Notes: generated by a model not told the origin, from the letters alone. A stretch of 64,000 nt of DNA from Felis catus (GCF_018350175.1 NC_058368.1:90522001-90586000); one strand, 5' to 3'; positions 39,570 to 53,540 are shown, counted from the first letter of the stretch. Made by a program: numbers and translations.

Positions 39570-40833
39570 GGGGGGAGCACAAGTAGGGGAGGGGCAGAGA
39601 GAGGGGGACAGAGGATCCGAAGTGGGCTCTGCACTGACAGGCTGACAGCAGTAAGCCTGAAGTGGGGCTCGAACTCACAAACTGTGAGATCGTGACCTGA
39701 GCTGAAGTCAGACACTTAACTGACTGAGCTACCCAGGTGCCTCTCACAATCAAATTCATTTAGTTATTTAAAAAAATTTTTTTTTAATGTTCATTTATTT
39801 CTGAGACAGAGAGAGACAGAGCATGAGTAGCGGAGGGGCAGAGAGAGGGGAGACACAGAATCTGAAGTAGGCTCCAGGCTCTGAGCTGTCAGCACAGAGC
39901 CCAACGTGGGGCTCGAACTCACAGTGAGATCATGACCTGAGCCGAAGTCGGACACTCAACTGACTGAGCCACCCAGGCACCCCTCATTTAGTTATTTTTT
40001 TTAACATTTAAGTTATCTCTACCCTCAACATGGGGCTCAAACTCATGAGCCCAAGACCAAGAGTTGCATGCTCTATCAGCTGAGCCAGCCAGGCGTCTCT
40101 CTTTTCATTTTTACTATTTATCCTCTTCCTCTCTCCTCTATGCTGCTGGGGCCCCAAAGATCCCTTTTACTGGTGATGCACCCACCTCATACATGCGTTA
40201 AGTGCTGGCTGACAACTCACAGCTGCCCTGGCCAATACATCACGGGAAATGAAGGGTAGGAGAGAAGGGAGAGGGTGTTAAAAACTTGCTTTCTTGTGGT
40301 AAGGAGGCCTAACTGTGCAATTTATGCAGTTACTTATGGGATGGGGCTGAAACTAGTTTCCAACTGAGGCCACTCTCCTGCTTACTTTAGTTTGTTGCCC
40401 CGCCCTGCCCTGTTTCCCCCATCCCTTCTTCTGGAAGCACTTCCCCAATAAATCACTAAGCAAGAATTCTCATCTCAGTCTCTGCTTCCGGGAACCTGAC
40501 CCATGACACCCAGACACTAGAAACTATCTTGTTTTTGTTTTATTGTTTGTTTTAGGGACTTATCTTGTTCAATCAGTCCCTTACATCAAATTCCTATCTC
40601 TGGCTCTGCTTCTAAACCTCCCCCCACACACCCCCACTATAGTTTGATCAGAGAACATCTCCTTCACTTCTGTACAACCACGCCTGGAACACAGCAGACA
40701 ATAACTGCCGAATATGGGAAGAGCCCAGGGTCTGTTTTACAGCTAGACCGTGTGCACCCCTTCTGTCCCAGGCTGGCCCAACCTGGAGGCATTGTGAGTC
40801 ATAGCTGGTGGACAGCAGCTTAGTGGTTCAGGG

Positions 40834-40883
40834 ATGGGGCCAGGCCTGGGAGAGCAGCTTGGCACCTCCGACACATCCTCCAG
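40834..40883 (+). CDS. CBY3: Predicted CBY3 first coding exon (MGPGLGEQLGTSDTSS plus AG)
   Basis: gggATGg Kozak context, CAG|GTGAGG donor; phase 2 joins in frame to the acceptor at 42074. Confidence 0.55.
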
Positions 40884-41997
40884 GTGAGGCACAACATGCA
40901 GTGAGCATTACTGGGAAAGGGCCCTCTGGGATGACGCAGCCTTAAACATGGGCCTGGCTGCACATCTCAGGCTCTCTTTGGGCTTTCAGAGAGATGATGC
41001 CCTGAGCCAGATCTAGGGGGTAGTACCACCCCTTCAGCCCAGCTGTGTGCGAGAGGAATAAGTATGTGTTGGATTGATGAAGGCATGATAGAGTTCTATC
41101 CCTTTTCACCCTCCTGGAGAGAAGAGGAATTTAAAAGAGAACACATAGCCCTCTTCCCATTTAATAGAGTCAGCACTTACAGGCGCTGGCAGAGACAGAG
41201 AATGAAACTTGTCTGTTATCTGGACTTTAGCTTCCTTGAGGATGTAGTCCACTTGGGAGAAAAGTCATGTGTAGTCTGCATAACCTCTATGACTTTGAAT
41301 TCTAAGCATAGGTCCTAGCCCATGGCACAGGCCCCCAAGATGTCACTGAGCATAATGCACCACTGTCACCTACATACACATCTGGGTTCCTAGCTGGACC
41401 AGTAGCATCTTGAGGGCAGGCACAGGCTAAGAACCCCTGCCCAGACCAAGCCTGGCCCAGAGCAGTTTATAAAATAACTGAACGTGGCAATAATGCCTTT
41501 GTTTATTTTAGACATCCTACAAAATACTTTCCTGAATCCAGACCTAGCCCTGGCTTTGTCATCCAGCAGTGCCCTCTTATCCACAGAATGAAGTTTATGC
41601 CCTGGTCCCCTTTCTAGCGTCCTCTTCTATTCCCAGCCGAGTCCCCTACACAAACCCTACTCCAAACTCTTCCTTACATGGGGAACATGCAAGCTGTGCC
41701 TGGCTCTTCACTCTGCCTAGAGGTTCTCCATTGTCCGCCCTCAACCTACATGGCAAAGTCCTGCTCAACTTTTAAGTACCTGTCTCTATTGTTCCCTTCT
41801 CCTGGGACAGCAATCCCTTCCAGCAGCCTGTCCTATGCTCAGAAAGCAAGGGATATGGTCCTTCATCCACATTTTGTCTCCTGGTCCTGACACACAGTGG
41901 TCTTTGGAGAAGGTAGTTTCAGGAGATTGCTGTCAGTGCCAGTGTGCAGGGATGGGCTCCTCAGCGACCAGCACCCTAGTGCCAGCCTCAGAGCTAA

Positions 41998-42762
<765 letters not shown>

Positions 42763-42765
42763 CGC

Positions 42766-42771
42766 AATAAA
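42766..42771 (+). terminator. CBY3 polyadenylation signal AATAAA
   Basis: Three nucleotides after the stop codon. Confidence 0.7.
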
Positions 42772-44199
42772 GCCCGTGCGGCGCACGCGCATTTCGCTCC
42801 TCGCTGCCGGCCCGGCACCTTCGTGGGCAGCCAAGTGGGGTCGGCTCGGGCTCGCGACCTGCGGGTAGGGACCATCACTTAGTGCGCGTTAGTGGACGGG
42901 TGACTCAGCCGGCAGCCCGTCTCGGGAGGGCGCGATAGGGCCGTGGAGGAAGGTGTGTGTGCGGCCCGCTGGGAACGCGGGGTGGGAGCCAGGCTTGCAA
43001 AGGGCAGTGCTAGGGGAGGGAGGAGTGGAGTGGGCGCGAGGATGGCAAGCAGGGGTGAGCAGTGGCGTTCTTGGCCCAAGGAACGGAGGACGAAGTCGGG
43101 GAGACAGTGAAACCTTGGGAGCTCAGCGATGCAGGGTGCGGTGAGGTGGTCAGGCGGAGAGGGTCGGGGACCTCGCTCTTGGCTCCCCTGGTTTAGAGGA
43201 GCGGCGCGGGCCAGAGGGTTTCAGCCTGAGTCCGGAGTATGTGTATTTTACGAAGCTTTCTCGAAACTGGGCCTCAGCCTCTCCCAGCTGCTGTGTGGCT
43301 TTTGGCGGGTAGCTTCTCCGTTACAGGTCTCCTTTCCTCCTCTGTAGAATAAAGGGTTTGTTTCACCCGGGGTGCAAACAAGCACTCTCCAGAGCTAAGC
43401 CTGTAACACAGATAGGATTTGCTCCACCCGCGTTGTTTAAAAGTTTTGCATTAGTTGTCAACATTAAAAAAATTTTTAATATTTATTTATTTTTGAGAGG
43501 GGGGAGGGACAGAGAGAGAGGGAGACACAGAATCCGAAGCAGGCTCCTGGCTTGCTTTCAGCACAGAGGCCGAGGCAGGGCTCCAACCCACCAATGAGAT
43601 CATGACGTGAGCCAGTCAGTCGCTTAACCGACTGAGCCCCCCAGGTGCCCTTAGTTGCCAACATTTAAGAATTTGGAAATTTCGTATTAAAAATCCAGAT
43701 TTCCTGTGCTCTCAAAGAGACTTGGCCATCCTGGACCTTCATTTTGTCCTACAGCAGTGGCCTTGAGCTGAATCGTGGCTGTTACCTCCTGGTGAGTTTC
43801 ACTCCTTTCTTCTGGTAGGTGTCTGATTTTGCTCTCCTCCTAGATCCATTTTGGATCGGGGACATGGGGGGTCTCCTTCCCCCAACCCCTATACACACAA
43901 AGTATAGTAGAAGGTGCTTCAGGGAGTGTGTTGTACTTGTGGTTGATGTAACTGCACAACAAAAGGTGGTGACACCAGTCCTTGCAATCTGTAACCTTTT
44001 CCCTGGAATGTAGACAGGGCATTTCAGCAACCACTGAAACCTGAGAGTGTGGGCCCTTTTCCCTAGGGCCAGGTAATACCTGTGAGAGAAGTGAGTGTCC
44101 TGTCTCCACCTAACTTTCCTTCAGGAGTAGACTAGGGATTACTAAACAGCTACTTTGATAGATGTTTTTCTGTGGGTTTGTTTTTGTTTTGTTTATTTT

Positions 44200-44438
44200 T
44201 TTTTTTATTATTTTTTTTTAATTTTTTTTTTTTTTAACGTTTATTTATTTTTCAGACAGAGAGAGACAGAGCATGAACGGGGGAGGGGCAGAGAGAGAGG
44301 GAGACACAGAATCGGAAACAGGCTCCAGGCTCCAAGCCATCAGCCCAGAGCCCGACGCGGGGCTCGAACTCACGGGCCGCGAGATCGTGACCTGGCTGAA
44401 GTCGGACGCTTAACCGACTGCGCCACCCAGGCGCCCCA
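44200..44438 (-). mobile_element. Young Can-SINE inserted in the tail of an older SINE
   Basis: Near-identical to the 23960-24178 copy; 14-bp TSD GTTTTGTTTATTTT (44186-44199 and 44439-44452). Confidence 0.88.
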
Positions 44439-47400
44439 GTTTTGTTTATTTTAAATGTTTATTTTTGAGAGAGAACACATGTGCATGAGCAGGGGAGGAG
44501 CAGAGAGAGAGAAGGAGACAGAATTCGATGCAGGCTCCCCACTGTGAGCACAGAGCTGGAAGCGGGGCTCTATCTCATGAACCCTGCCAGGTCATGGCCT
44601 GAGCTGAAGTCAGATGCCAGACTGAGCTACCCAGGCGCCCGACTTAACAGCTACTTTGTACAAAGATGTGGACTTATTCAATCAGGAAAACAACACAAAA
44701 CATGTCATTAGACACTAAGTTTAAAACATTTTGAGCAGTGCTTTTTTTTTGTATTTTAGTAATTCTGTGTATACATTAATGTAAATTAAATAAAAAATAT
44801 TTAAAATAGTTATGATGAAATCAATTTTCCTTTTAAAATAATTAAGAAAGGGGTGCCTGGTTGCTCAGTCAGTGAGGTGTCCAACTTCATTCAGCTCAGG
44901 ATCTCATGGTTTGTGGGTTTGAGCCCTGCATCAAGCTCTATGCTGACAGCTCAGAGCCTGGAGCCTGCTTCTGATTGTGTCTCCCTCTCTCTCTGCCCCT
45001 CCTCTGCTCATGCCCTGTCTCTCTCAAAAATTAATAAATGTTAAAAAAATTTTTTAAATAACTAAGAAAGGGGCACCTGGCTGACCTAGTCGGAAGAGTG
45101 TGTGCTCTTGATCCAGAGATTTTGAGTTTGAGCCCCATGTTGGGTGTAGAGATTACTTAAATAAAATATTTAAGTAAACAAAATGAAGAAAAAATATATA
45201 CAGACAAGGAAATGGAAAGGGAGTCAAAATGATAACACCAGAAAAAAATCAAGCCCAAAATAAGGTGCTAATGGAGAAACCATACTAAGTGAGAGATGCC
45301 AGACTCAAAGGGTCAGATATAGGATTCTCTTTATATAGTATACCCATAATAGGCAAATCCAGAGAGACAGGAAGCAGATTGGTGGTTACCAAGGGCTGGT
45401 GGGGGGGGGGGGAGGTAGGATTTGGGAGGAGGCAGTGACTGCTTAGCAGGCAAAGGGATCCCTTTTAAAGTGACAAAAAATGTTTTGGAACTGTTTGGTA
45501 ATGGTTGTACAGCACTGAATGCTCTAAAAGCCACTGAATTGTACACTTCAGTGAATTTTGTGTTACGCGAATTTTACCACAGTAAAAAAAAAAAAATTTT
45601 TTTAAGAAAGTGCTTTACATAAAAACATGAAGTAGGGGTGCTTGGGTGGCTCAGTCCATTAAGCGTCCAACTTAGGCTCAGGTCATGACCTCACGGTTTG
45701 TGGGTTTGAGCCCCCTGTCCGGCTCTGTGCTGACAGCTCGGAGCCTGGAGCCTACTTCGGATTCTGTGTCTCCCTCTCTCTCTCTCTGCCCCTCACCCAC
45801 TCACACTCTGTCTCTCTCTCTTTCAAAAATAAACATTTTTTAAAAATTAAAAAAAAGAAACATGCAGTAAAACGACATGAGTTGTAGGGAAACAGCTAAA
45901 ATCATAACAATGATCCAGGAATGCCTAAAGTTTAGGGAATATTGCTTTGATCAAAATACTTAACAATAAAGTAGCTGCGCTGACAGACCACAGCGGCAGG
46001 CAGGCAGGGAGCCCCATGTTTAGGGAGAGGCCATCCAAGTGGAGAAAGGGCCGGAAATAAATGCAGCAGGATGATATTTTGAGATATCTGACTTTGTTCT
46101 TCCTGCTATGGAATTTCAGCCCCTGACTGAGGCAGCCAAGTGTATTGCCCCAGGGAAGGATGTGACAAGAGCAGAAAGCTTGCACAAAGGACTCTTTGTG
46201 GCTTTCACCTCCTACAGCTCAGAACTCTGGGGATCAGAGCTTTGCAGAAAAATATTTTGGGGCTTGAAGAGGGAGGTCAAAGAGGCCGCAGATTTGTCTA
46301 CAGCAAGAGGAAAGATGAAGGGAAATGGGAGCAGAGAAGCTGGTAGGTCTCCCATCTTGGAAAGAAAAAATTCCTTATCTTGACCCTACATTACTTTCCA
46401 GCTACTGCCCCATTTCTCTGCTTCCCTTTATAATGAAACTCCAAGAAGTTTCCTGTATTCACTGTCCTCCCCTCGCTCCCCTTTGCTCTTTCCTCCCCTC
46501 CCTCTTTGCTCTGCTCTCTGTCAAAGATGCCATCACCCTGCTATGTTGCTTTGTCCTTTGCCCATTGTCCATCTTCACCTTGGCCGATCAGCATTTCAGG
46601 CAGTTGAGGCCTCCTCCTCCTTGAAACACTGTCTTCACCTGGCATGGGGGAGGGAGGCACTGCACTCTCCTGATTTGCTTCTTCCCTCACACCGTTCCCT
46701 CCTTCTCAGTGTCTGGCTGATTTTACTCTCACTTCCTTCAGGTATCTGCTTAAAATTTTTTTTATGTTTTTATTTTATATTTGAAAGAGAGAGCAAGCAG
46801 GGGAGGGGCAGAGAAATGGAGACAGAATCTGAAGCAGACTCCAGGCTCCGAGCTGTCAGCATAGATCCCAACATGGGGCTTGAACTCACAGTGACATCAT
46901 GACCTGAGCTGAAGTCAGATGCCTAACCAGCTGAGCCACTCAGCCCCTAGGTATCTGCTTAAATGTCATCTTTTCAGTGAAGTTTTCCCTGATGACTCTA
47001 TTTTTTAAGTGTTTTTTTTAGAAGTTTTATATATTTATTTTGAGAGAGAGGGAAAGCGACCAGGGGAGGGCCAGAGAAAGGGGGAAAGAGAGAGAATCCC
47101 AATCAGGCTCTGCACCATCAGCGTAGAGCCCAACGTGGGGCTCAATCTTAGGAACCATCAGATCATGACTTGAACGAAGTCAAGAGACAGACGCTTAACC
47201 TACTGAACCACCCAGGGACCACCCCTCCCCGCCCCCCCACCATGTCTCTATTTAAATGAGCATGTGTTCTCCCCAGCTGAAACCAGACCAGCACAACTTA
47301 CCCTTCTTTCCTGTTTTGTTTTCTAACACCTGTTACCATTTGATAGGCTGTATATTTTATTGTCCTTCTCCCCCCCCCCCCCCACCTCTTACCCCACCAC

Positions 47401-47512
47401 CACTACTAGGACACAAGCTCCATAGAGCTGTTATATTCTCTCCTGTATTTCAGTGTAGAAAAGTATTTAATGACACTTATTAGGACCTCTGAAAATATTC
47501 CTAGAATGAACA

Positions 47513-47959
47513 TGAAAGAGCGGACCTAGGCCGGCCAACTCCATTTTGTTCTGTGTCCTCCATCTTGAGTGACTACGTCCCTGACATGGCCCCCTTTCCC
47601 GGAAAACCACAGAAAGAAATTCCCCTTCAAACCTCAGACCAAGCCTCTTCCCCTTGAGTAACTTCCGGCTCACCCGTTCAAACCTCCCATTCAAACCACG
47701 CCTGGCAACCTGCGCAACAGGACTCTGACCCTTCCCCAGCCAATCGGCTAAGGCCATGACCATTACCCCGCCAACTGCCCCTAGATCCCTATAAAACCTT
47801 TGTGCTTTTGAAACTCGCTCTCTCTCTCCCTGGCATCTCACCGCTGCATCGGTGCAGGTAGGGGATTGAGCTCGAGCTAGCTCGAGTAAAGGCTCTTTGC
47901 TTTTGCATTGGACTCGGCTCCCTGGTGGTCTTTGGAGATCACGAATTCTGGGCATAACA
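47513..47959 (+). repeat. 5' LTR (447 bp): CCAAT 47740-47744, TATAAAA 47790-47796, variant poly(A) signal AGTAAA 47885-47890
   Basis: TGAAAGAGC...GGCATAACA, homologous to 54742-55177. Confidence 0.95.
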
Positions 47960-47961
47960 TT

Positions 47962-47979
47962 TGGGGGCTCGTCCGGGAT
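47962..47979 (+). other. Primer binding site, tRNA-Pro
   Basis: TGGGGGCTCGTCCGGGAT, the MLV-type Pro PBS, 2 nt after the LTR. Confidence 0.95.
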
Positions 47980-48346
47980 CCCCAAGACCCCCAAGGGACC
48001 CCCCGACCCAGAGAGCCTGACTGGCCATGGTTAGTGTCTGTTCGTTCCCTGTCTCTTCTCTGTGAGCTCATTTCTGAAATTCTGGTAGTGCCCGGTGCAG
48101 TCTAAGTGGACGCACTGGAGGACCTCGGGCCAGGAGTTTCAGAAGACGTTCCGATCCTCCCTTCTGGAGGAAAGTGGATTCCCCTCAAAGGTCTGAGACG
48201 AGGTGGGTCGCTCCCGCCGGTCAGTGTGAGGCCGTCGTCTAGCTTTCAGTTTTGCTTCCACGGAGTTGGAAGAGTTTCTAGGGGCCCTCTGTTTGTCTGT
48301 TTCTGTGTTTCTCTGTTTTTTTCTGTGGACTTACTGGACGGACGTT

Positions 48347-49943
48347 ATGGGACAGACTCAGACTACTCCTCTAAGTATTATGATTGATCACTTTAAGGAT
48401 GTCAGGGGAAGAGCTAACAACCTCAGTGTGGAAGTCCGAAAGGGTCGGTGGCAGGTTTTTTGTTCTAGCGAGTGGTCAGCTTTCAATGTCAGATGGCTGC
48501 CAGAGGGAACCTTCAAGCTCCCTACCATCCACCAAGTCGGGTATCATCTCTCGGCCTAAGATGGGCCATCCTGATCAGCTTCCTTACATTATCACTTGGC
48601 AGGACCTTGTAGAAGACCCACCCTCTTGGCTTAAGCCCTTCCTAGCCCTATGCCCTCTGGAGCCAAAACACATTCTCGCTTTGCAGGGGACAGAAAAGAA
48701 GGAGAACAAGAAAAGTCTTACCCAGCTTTCAGCACCCCTCTACCCTGTCCTACAAGGGGGGACTGAAGAAGAATTTTTCCTCCCCCGTATAACCCCCCTA
48801 GGATGCCGGAAGAACACCATCCTCCTCCTCTGGGGGAGACAGATGCTGTTCCGAGAGCAGGAGGCGGAAATGCTCCAGTGGGAAGCCCGCCCTTTACCAG
48901 ACAAAGGGCTCAGAGGGAGCAATCCGTCTCCGCCGCCGACTCCACTATTCTGCCCCTGCGAGCCACCGGGCCCCCAGATGCGGAGGGGAATCAGCCCTAT
49001 CACTATTGGCCTTTCGCCACTAGTGATCTCTACAATTGGAAAGCTCAGAATCCTAAGTTTTCCAAGAAACCAACAGGGCTTATTGATCTGTTAGACTCTG
49101 TTCTTTTTACCCATCAACCCACATGGGGCGATTGCCAGCAGCTTTTGCAGGTCCTGTTCATGACTGAGGAAAGAGAAAGAATCCTCAATGAGGCCTGAAA
49201 ACTAGTTCCGGCACAGATGGGAATCCCACCACCAACCAGGCTCAGATAGATGCCTCCTTCCCCTTAACTCGGCCCCAGTGGAATTTCAACACGGCAGAAG
49301 GTAAGGAGAGGCTCGGGGTCTACCGCCAGACTCTAATGGGGGGTCTCCAAATGGCTGCTAGGAAGCCAACCAATTTGGCCAAGGTAGGAAATGTGCAACA
49401 GGAAAAAGATGAATCTCCTGCTGCCTTTTTAGAACGGATCATGGAGGCATTCCATACCTATACCCCCATGGATCCAGAGGCTCTGGAAAGCAAGGCAGCT
49501 GTTATCATGGCCTTTGTAAACCAATCGGCCATAGACATTAGGAAAAAATTACAAAAAACAGATAGACTAGGAGAAAAAAAGTCTGCAGAACTTACTGGTG
49601 GTAGCCACAAAGGTATATAATAACCGGGAGCCTCCTGAGGATAAGCAGGCTCGCGCCATGGTGGCTGCCAGCAGTAAGCAGACTCGAGACCTGGCCAGAA
49701 TACTACTAGCTACCACTGCTGACTTCCCCGAGGAATGAGACTGCTGTCTCCGGCAGCTGGCGGACAACTCAAGAGGAGGTAAAGGAACCACCAAGGTGGG
49801 GGAGGCAGAGGCTGCAGAAAGATCAGTGCGCATACTGCAAGGAGATAGGGCATTGGGTCCGAGATTGTCCGAAAAAGGCCAGCGGGAAGGGAAGCAAGAC
49901 TGATCGGGTAAAAGTCTTAGAGCTAGATGAACTGAGTGATTAG
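48347..49943 (+). pseudogene. gag: ERV gag (disrupted)
   Basis: [10 protein letters not shown] matrix start, [25 protein letters not shown]-like QEKDESPAAFLER, zinc knuckle [14 protein letters not shown]; several frameshifts and stops; TAG at 49941-49943. Confidence 0.93.
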
Positions 49944-52890
49944 GGGAGTCGGGGTTCAGACCCTCTCCCTGAGCCCAGGGTAACTCTTAAAGTGGAGGGG
50001 ACCCTGGTTGACTTCCTTATCGACACTAGAGCACAACATTCGGTCCTCCACACCCCACAAGGAAAGGTAGCCAACAAGAAGTCCTGGGTACAAGGGGCAA
50101 CTGGTATGAGCCAGTATTCATGGACTACCCGAAGAACGGTAGATGTGGGGACAGGATGGGTATCCCACTCTTTTATGGTAATACCGGAATGCCCCTACCC
50201 GCTGTTAGGACGGGACTTACTGACCAAGATTGGAGCTCAGATAACTTTCAGACAAGGGGGGCCTCAGGTCACCGATGGCAAGGGCCACCCCATCCAGGTC
50301 CTGACCATGAAACTAGAGGATGAATACCACCTCCACAAGGAGGCACTCTCGAGAGAGGATAATATAGACAGATGGCTACAAGAATTCCCCTTGGTTTGGG
50401 CAGAGACGGGGGGGGGGGGGGGATATGACTAGCCGCTCACAGGACCCCGGTCCTGGTAGAGCTCAAGCCAGGAGAAGGTCCGGTAAGAATCAAACAATAC
50501 CCCATATCTCAGGAGGCCCGGAAGGGGATCCAGCCACACATCTGGAGACTACGAAGCCTAGGGGGACTAGTTCCTTGCCAGTCTGCCTGGAACACTCCCC
50601 TACTGCCGGTCAAAAAGCCTCACACAAATGACTATCGACCGGTACAAGACCTCCAGGAAGTAAATAAGAGGGTCACGGACATATACCCAACTGTTCCCAA
50701 CCCATATACTCCTTGGCACCCTCCAGGGTCTGGTATACTGTACTAGATTTAAAGGACGCCTTCTTCAGTCTGCCGCTGGCACCCCAGAGCCAACCCTTGT
50801 TTGCCTTTGAGTGGCATGATCCAGAGGAGGGCTACAGTGGGCAACTCACCTGGACACGGCTGCCTCAGAGGTTTAAAAATTCGCCCACCATCTTTGACGA
50901 GGCACTACACGAGGGCCTGGGTGAGTACAGAAAGGAGCACCGTGGCCTCACCCTCCTACAGTACGTAGATGACATCCTGATTGCTGCTGACATAGCCAAG
51001 GACCGTGAGTGAGGGACCCAGGACCTGCTGGCTACCCTGGGGGCCTTGGGATACAGGGCAACCGCGAAGAAATCTCAGATATGCAGGGAGAGGGTAAGTT
51101 ACCTGGGATACATCCTGGAGGGCGGACAGCAGCGGTTATCAGATGCCAGAAAAGAAACTGTCCTAAAGATCCCTACTCCCAACTCCCGAAAGGAAGTAAG
51201 GGAATTCCTAGGATCTGCCGGCTACTGCTGCCTCCGGGTTCTGGGTTTTGCTGAGATCGCCAGGCCCCTATATGAAGCTACCAAAGAGGGGAAAACATTT
51301 AAATGGACTGAAAAAGAAGAAACTGCCTTTAATCAGTTGAAAAAGGCCCTCCTAAGTGCCCCAGCCCTGGGCCTGCCAGACATTACGAAGCCCTTCCATC
51401 TCTTTGTAGACGAACACAAGGGAATAGCAAAAGGGGTTCTAACTCAAGCCTTAGGCCCTTGGAACCACCCGGTGGCTTACCTGTCCAAGAAGCTAGACCC
51501 AGTGGCTGCCGGCTGGCCGCCATGCCTAAGAATTATTGAGGCGACAACACTCCTAGTCAAGGACGCAGACAAACTGACCCTAGGACAGGAGATCTGGATC
51601 ACGACCCCACACGCCATTGAAGGGGTCCTGAAACAGCCTCCTGATAGACGGATGAGTAACACACTTATGACTTATTACTAGAGCCTCCTACTCAACCCTC
51701 CATGAGTGCAGTTCCACCCCAGTGCGGCCCTCAATCCTGCAACCCTGCTGCCCGACCCTGACCTAGATGCTCCACTACATGACTGTGTGGGGACCCTGGA
51801 GCAAGTACATGGATTCCGGACGGATCTGACCGACTGGCCCCTCCCTGATGCCAAGGCTACTTGGTTCACTGATGGCAGCAGCTTTGTGAGGGACAGACAC
51901 AGATTCACCAATAGGACACCAAAATAGAGCAAGTTATATCTGCTTGCAAGACCTGCCAACTCACCAATGCAAGAGCCACATCAAATAAAAAAGGAACCAG
52001 GCTCAGAGGCACCAGACCAGGAGCCCAATGGGAGGTCAACTTCACTGAAATTAAACCAGGAAAGTATGGTTATAAATATCTTATTATTTATAGACACCTT
52101 CTCTGGCTGGGTGGAGGCATACCCAACCAAGCATGAAATGGCTCAGACGGTAGCTAAGAAGCTACTAGAAGACATCTTACCCACGTATGGTTTTCCTGCC
52201 ATGGTAGGATCAGACAACAGACCAGCTTTTATCTCGCAGGTAATGCAGACAGTAGCCAAGGCTGTGGGGGCAAACTGGAAATTACATTGTGCTTATAGGC
52301 CCCAGAGCTCAGGACAGGTAGAAAGAATGAATAGAACCCTAAAAGAGACCCTTACCAAATTAACCATGGAGACTGGCGGGGACTGGGTGACTCTCCTACC
52401 GTATGCCCTTTACTGGGTTAGGAACACTCCTTACACCCTGGGTTTTACTCCCTATGAAATCATGTTTGGCAGGCTACCCCCTATTATTCCCAACCTTCGA
52501 GCTGAACTTCTTGCTGAGTTTAAAGATCAAGAACTTTTTCTTTCCTTGAGAGGGCTCCAGAGGGTGCACGAGGACATTTGGCCGCACCTCCGTGCCATCT
52601 ACGAGGCTGGCCCGACCCCGACACCTCATCAGTACAGGCTGGGAGACTGGGTCTACGTCAAGAGGCACCACTGAGAGACCCTCGAGCCGCACTGGAAGGG
52701 ACCCTACATCGTGGTGCTGACAACCCCCACCGCTCTCAAAGTAGACGGCATCGCGACCTGGGTCCATCACACCCACGTTCGGCCAGCGGACCCCTCCACG
52801 ATCCGGAAGGACTTCGTCACGTGATGGGCTGTCAATCGGGACCAACACAACCCGCTCAAACTCAGGTTACAGCACATTCGACCCACCTGA
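49944..52890 (+). pseudogene. pol: ERV pro-pol (disrupted, with internal deletion near 51900)
   Basis: Protease FLIDTRA (DTG mutated), [19 protein letters not shown] and YVDD (50962-50973), RNase H start WFTDGSS, integrase DTFSGWVEA and AYRPQSSGQVER; multiple frameshifts and stops. Confidence 0.94.
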
Positions 52891-53540
52891 TATTGGTAAT
52901 TCTGTTAGCTCTGCTTGTCACTGCTCATGCTGCTGAGAGTCCCCACGCCCCCCAAAACATCACCTGGCAGATCATAGACACCAGCTCGGGGACAATACTT
53001 AATCAGACTTCCCAGAGCCACCCCACAAATACTTGGTTCCCAGAACTTTGCGTAGACCTCCAAACTCTGCTCCCCTTGTCACCATATGCTCCCGGATTCC
53101 ATGCACAGAACCTTTATTTCTATGTCTGCCCCGGCCACTCTCGCTCGAGCACATGTGGGGACGCGGCTGACTACTTTTGTGCCTCCTGGTCATGTGTCTC
53201 GACGGGGCACATCTGGTGGACCCCACCACGCACCGGAGATCTCATTGTGGTAAAGCGGCCCAGTGGCCCCCGACCGCCATATGCCTGGGGGCGCGGTAAT
53301 CCCATAGTTATATCCTTTACAAGCCAAGGTAAAAAAACAACAGGATGGGAGAGTGGAAAAACCTGGGGACTCAGGATATATGACCGGGTTAGGCTGGGAG
53401 CCAAGGACAAGGGAACGTTATTTACCCTCCGAATGCAAGCGACTCCCCTTGCCCAGCAGTCCCCCACAGGGGTAGGACCCAACCAAGTACTAGTTCCCCG
53501 ACCTGCCCCCACCCGGACAGCCACTCCCAGAAACACCTAG
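52824..53540 (+). CDS. env: Open truncated Env ORF, 238 aa: signal peptide, receptor-binding domain and start of proline-rich region
   Basis: gtgATGg start; hydrophobic LILVILLALLVTAHA; SPH, FYVCPG, CGDAADYFCASWSCVSTG, GKTWGLR and GPNQVL motifs; TAG at 53538-53540. Expression not shown. Confidence 0.6.
   Translation: MGCQSGPTQPAQTQVTAHSTHLILVILLALLVTAHAAESPHAPQNITWQIIDTSSGTILNQTSQSHPTNTWFPELCVDLQTLLPLSPYAPGFHAQNLYFYVCPGHSRSSTCGDAADYFCASWSCVSTGHIWWTPPRTGDLIVVKRPSGPRPPYAWGRGNPIVISFTSQGKKTTGWESGKTWGLRIYDRVRLGAKDKGTLFTLRMQATPLAQQSPTGVGPNQVLVPRPAPTRTATPRNT

Noticed and set aside
52578..52823. 82-aa N-terminal extension of the env ORF in the ORF track
   Set aside because: Starts at TTG and overlaps integrase; ATG 52824 is the natural env start. 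It would matter only if the leader ATG at 48027 were spliced to 52551, which is unproven
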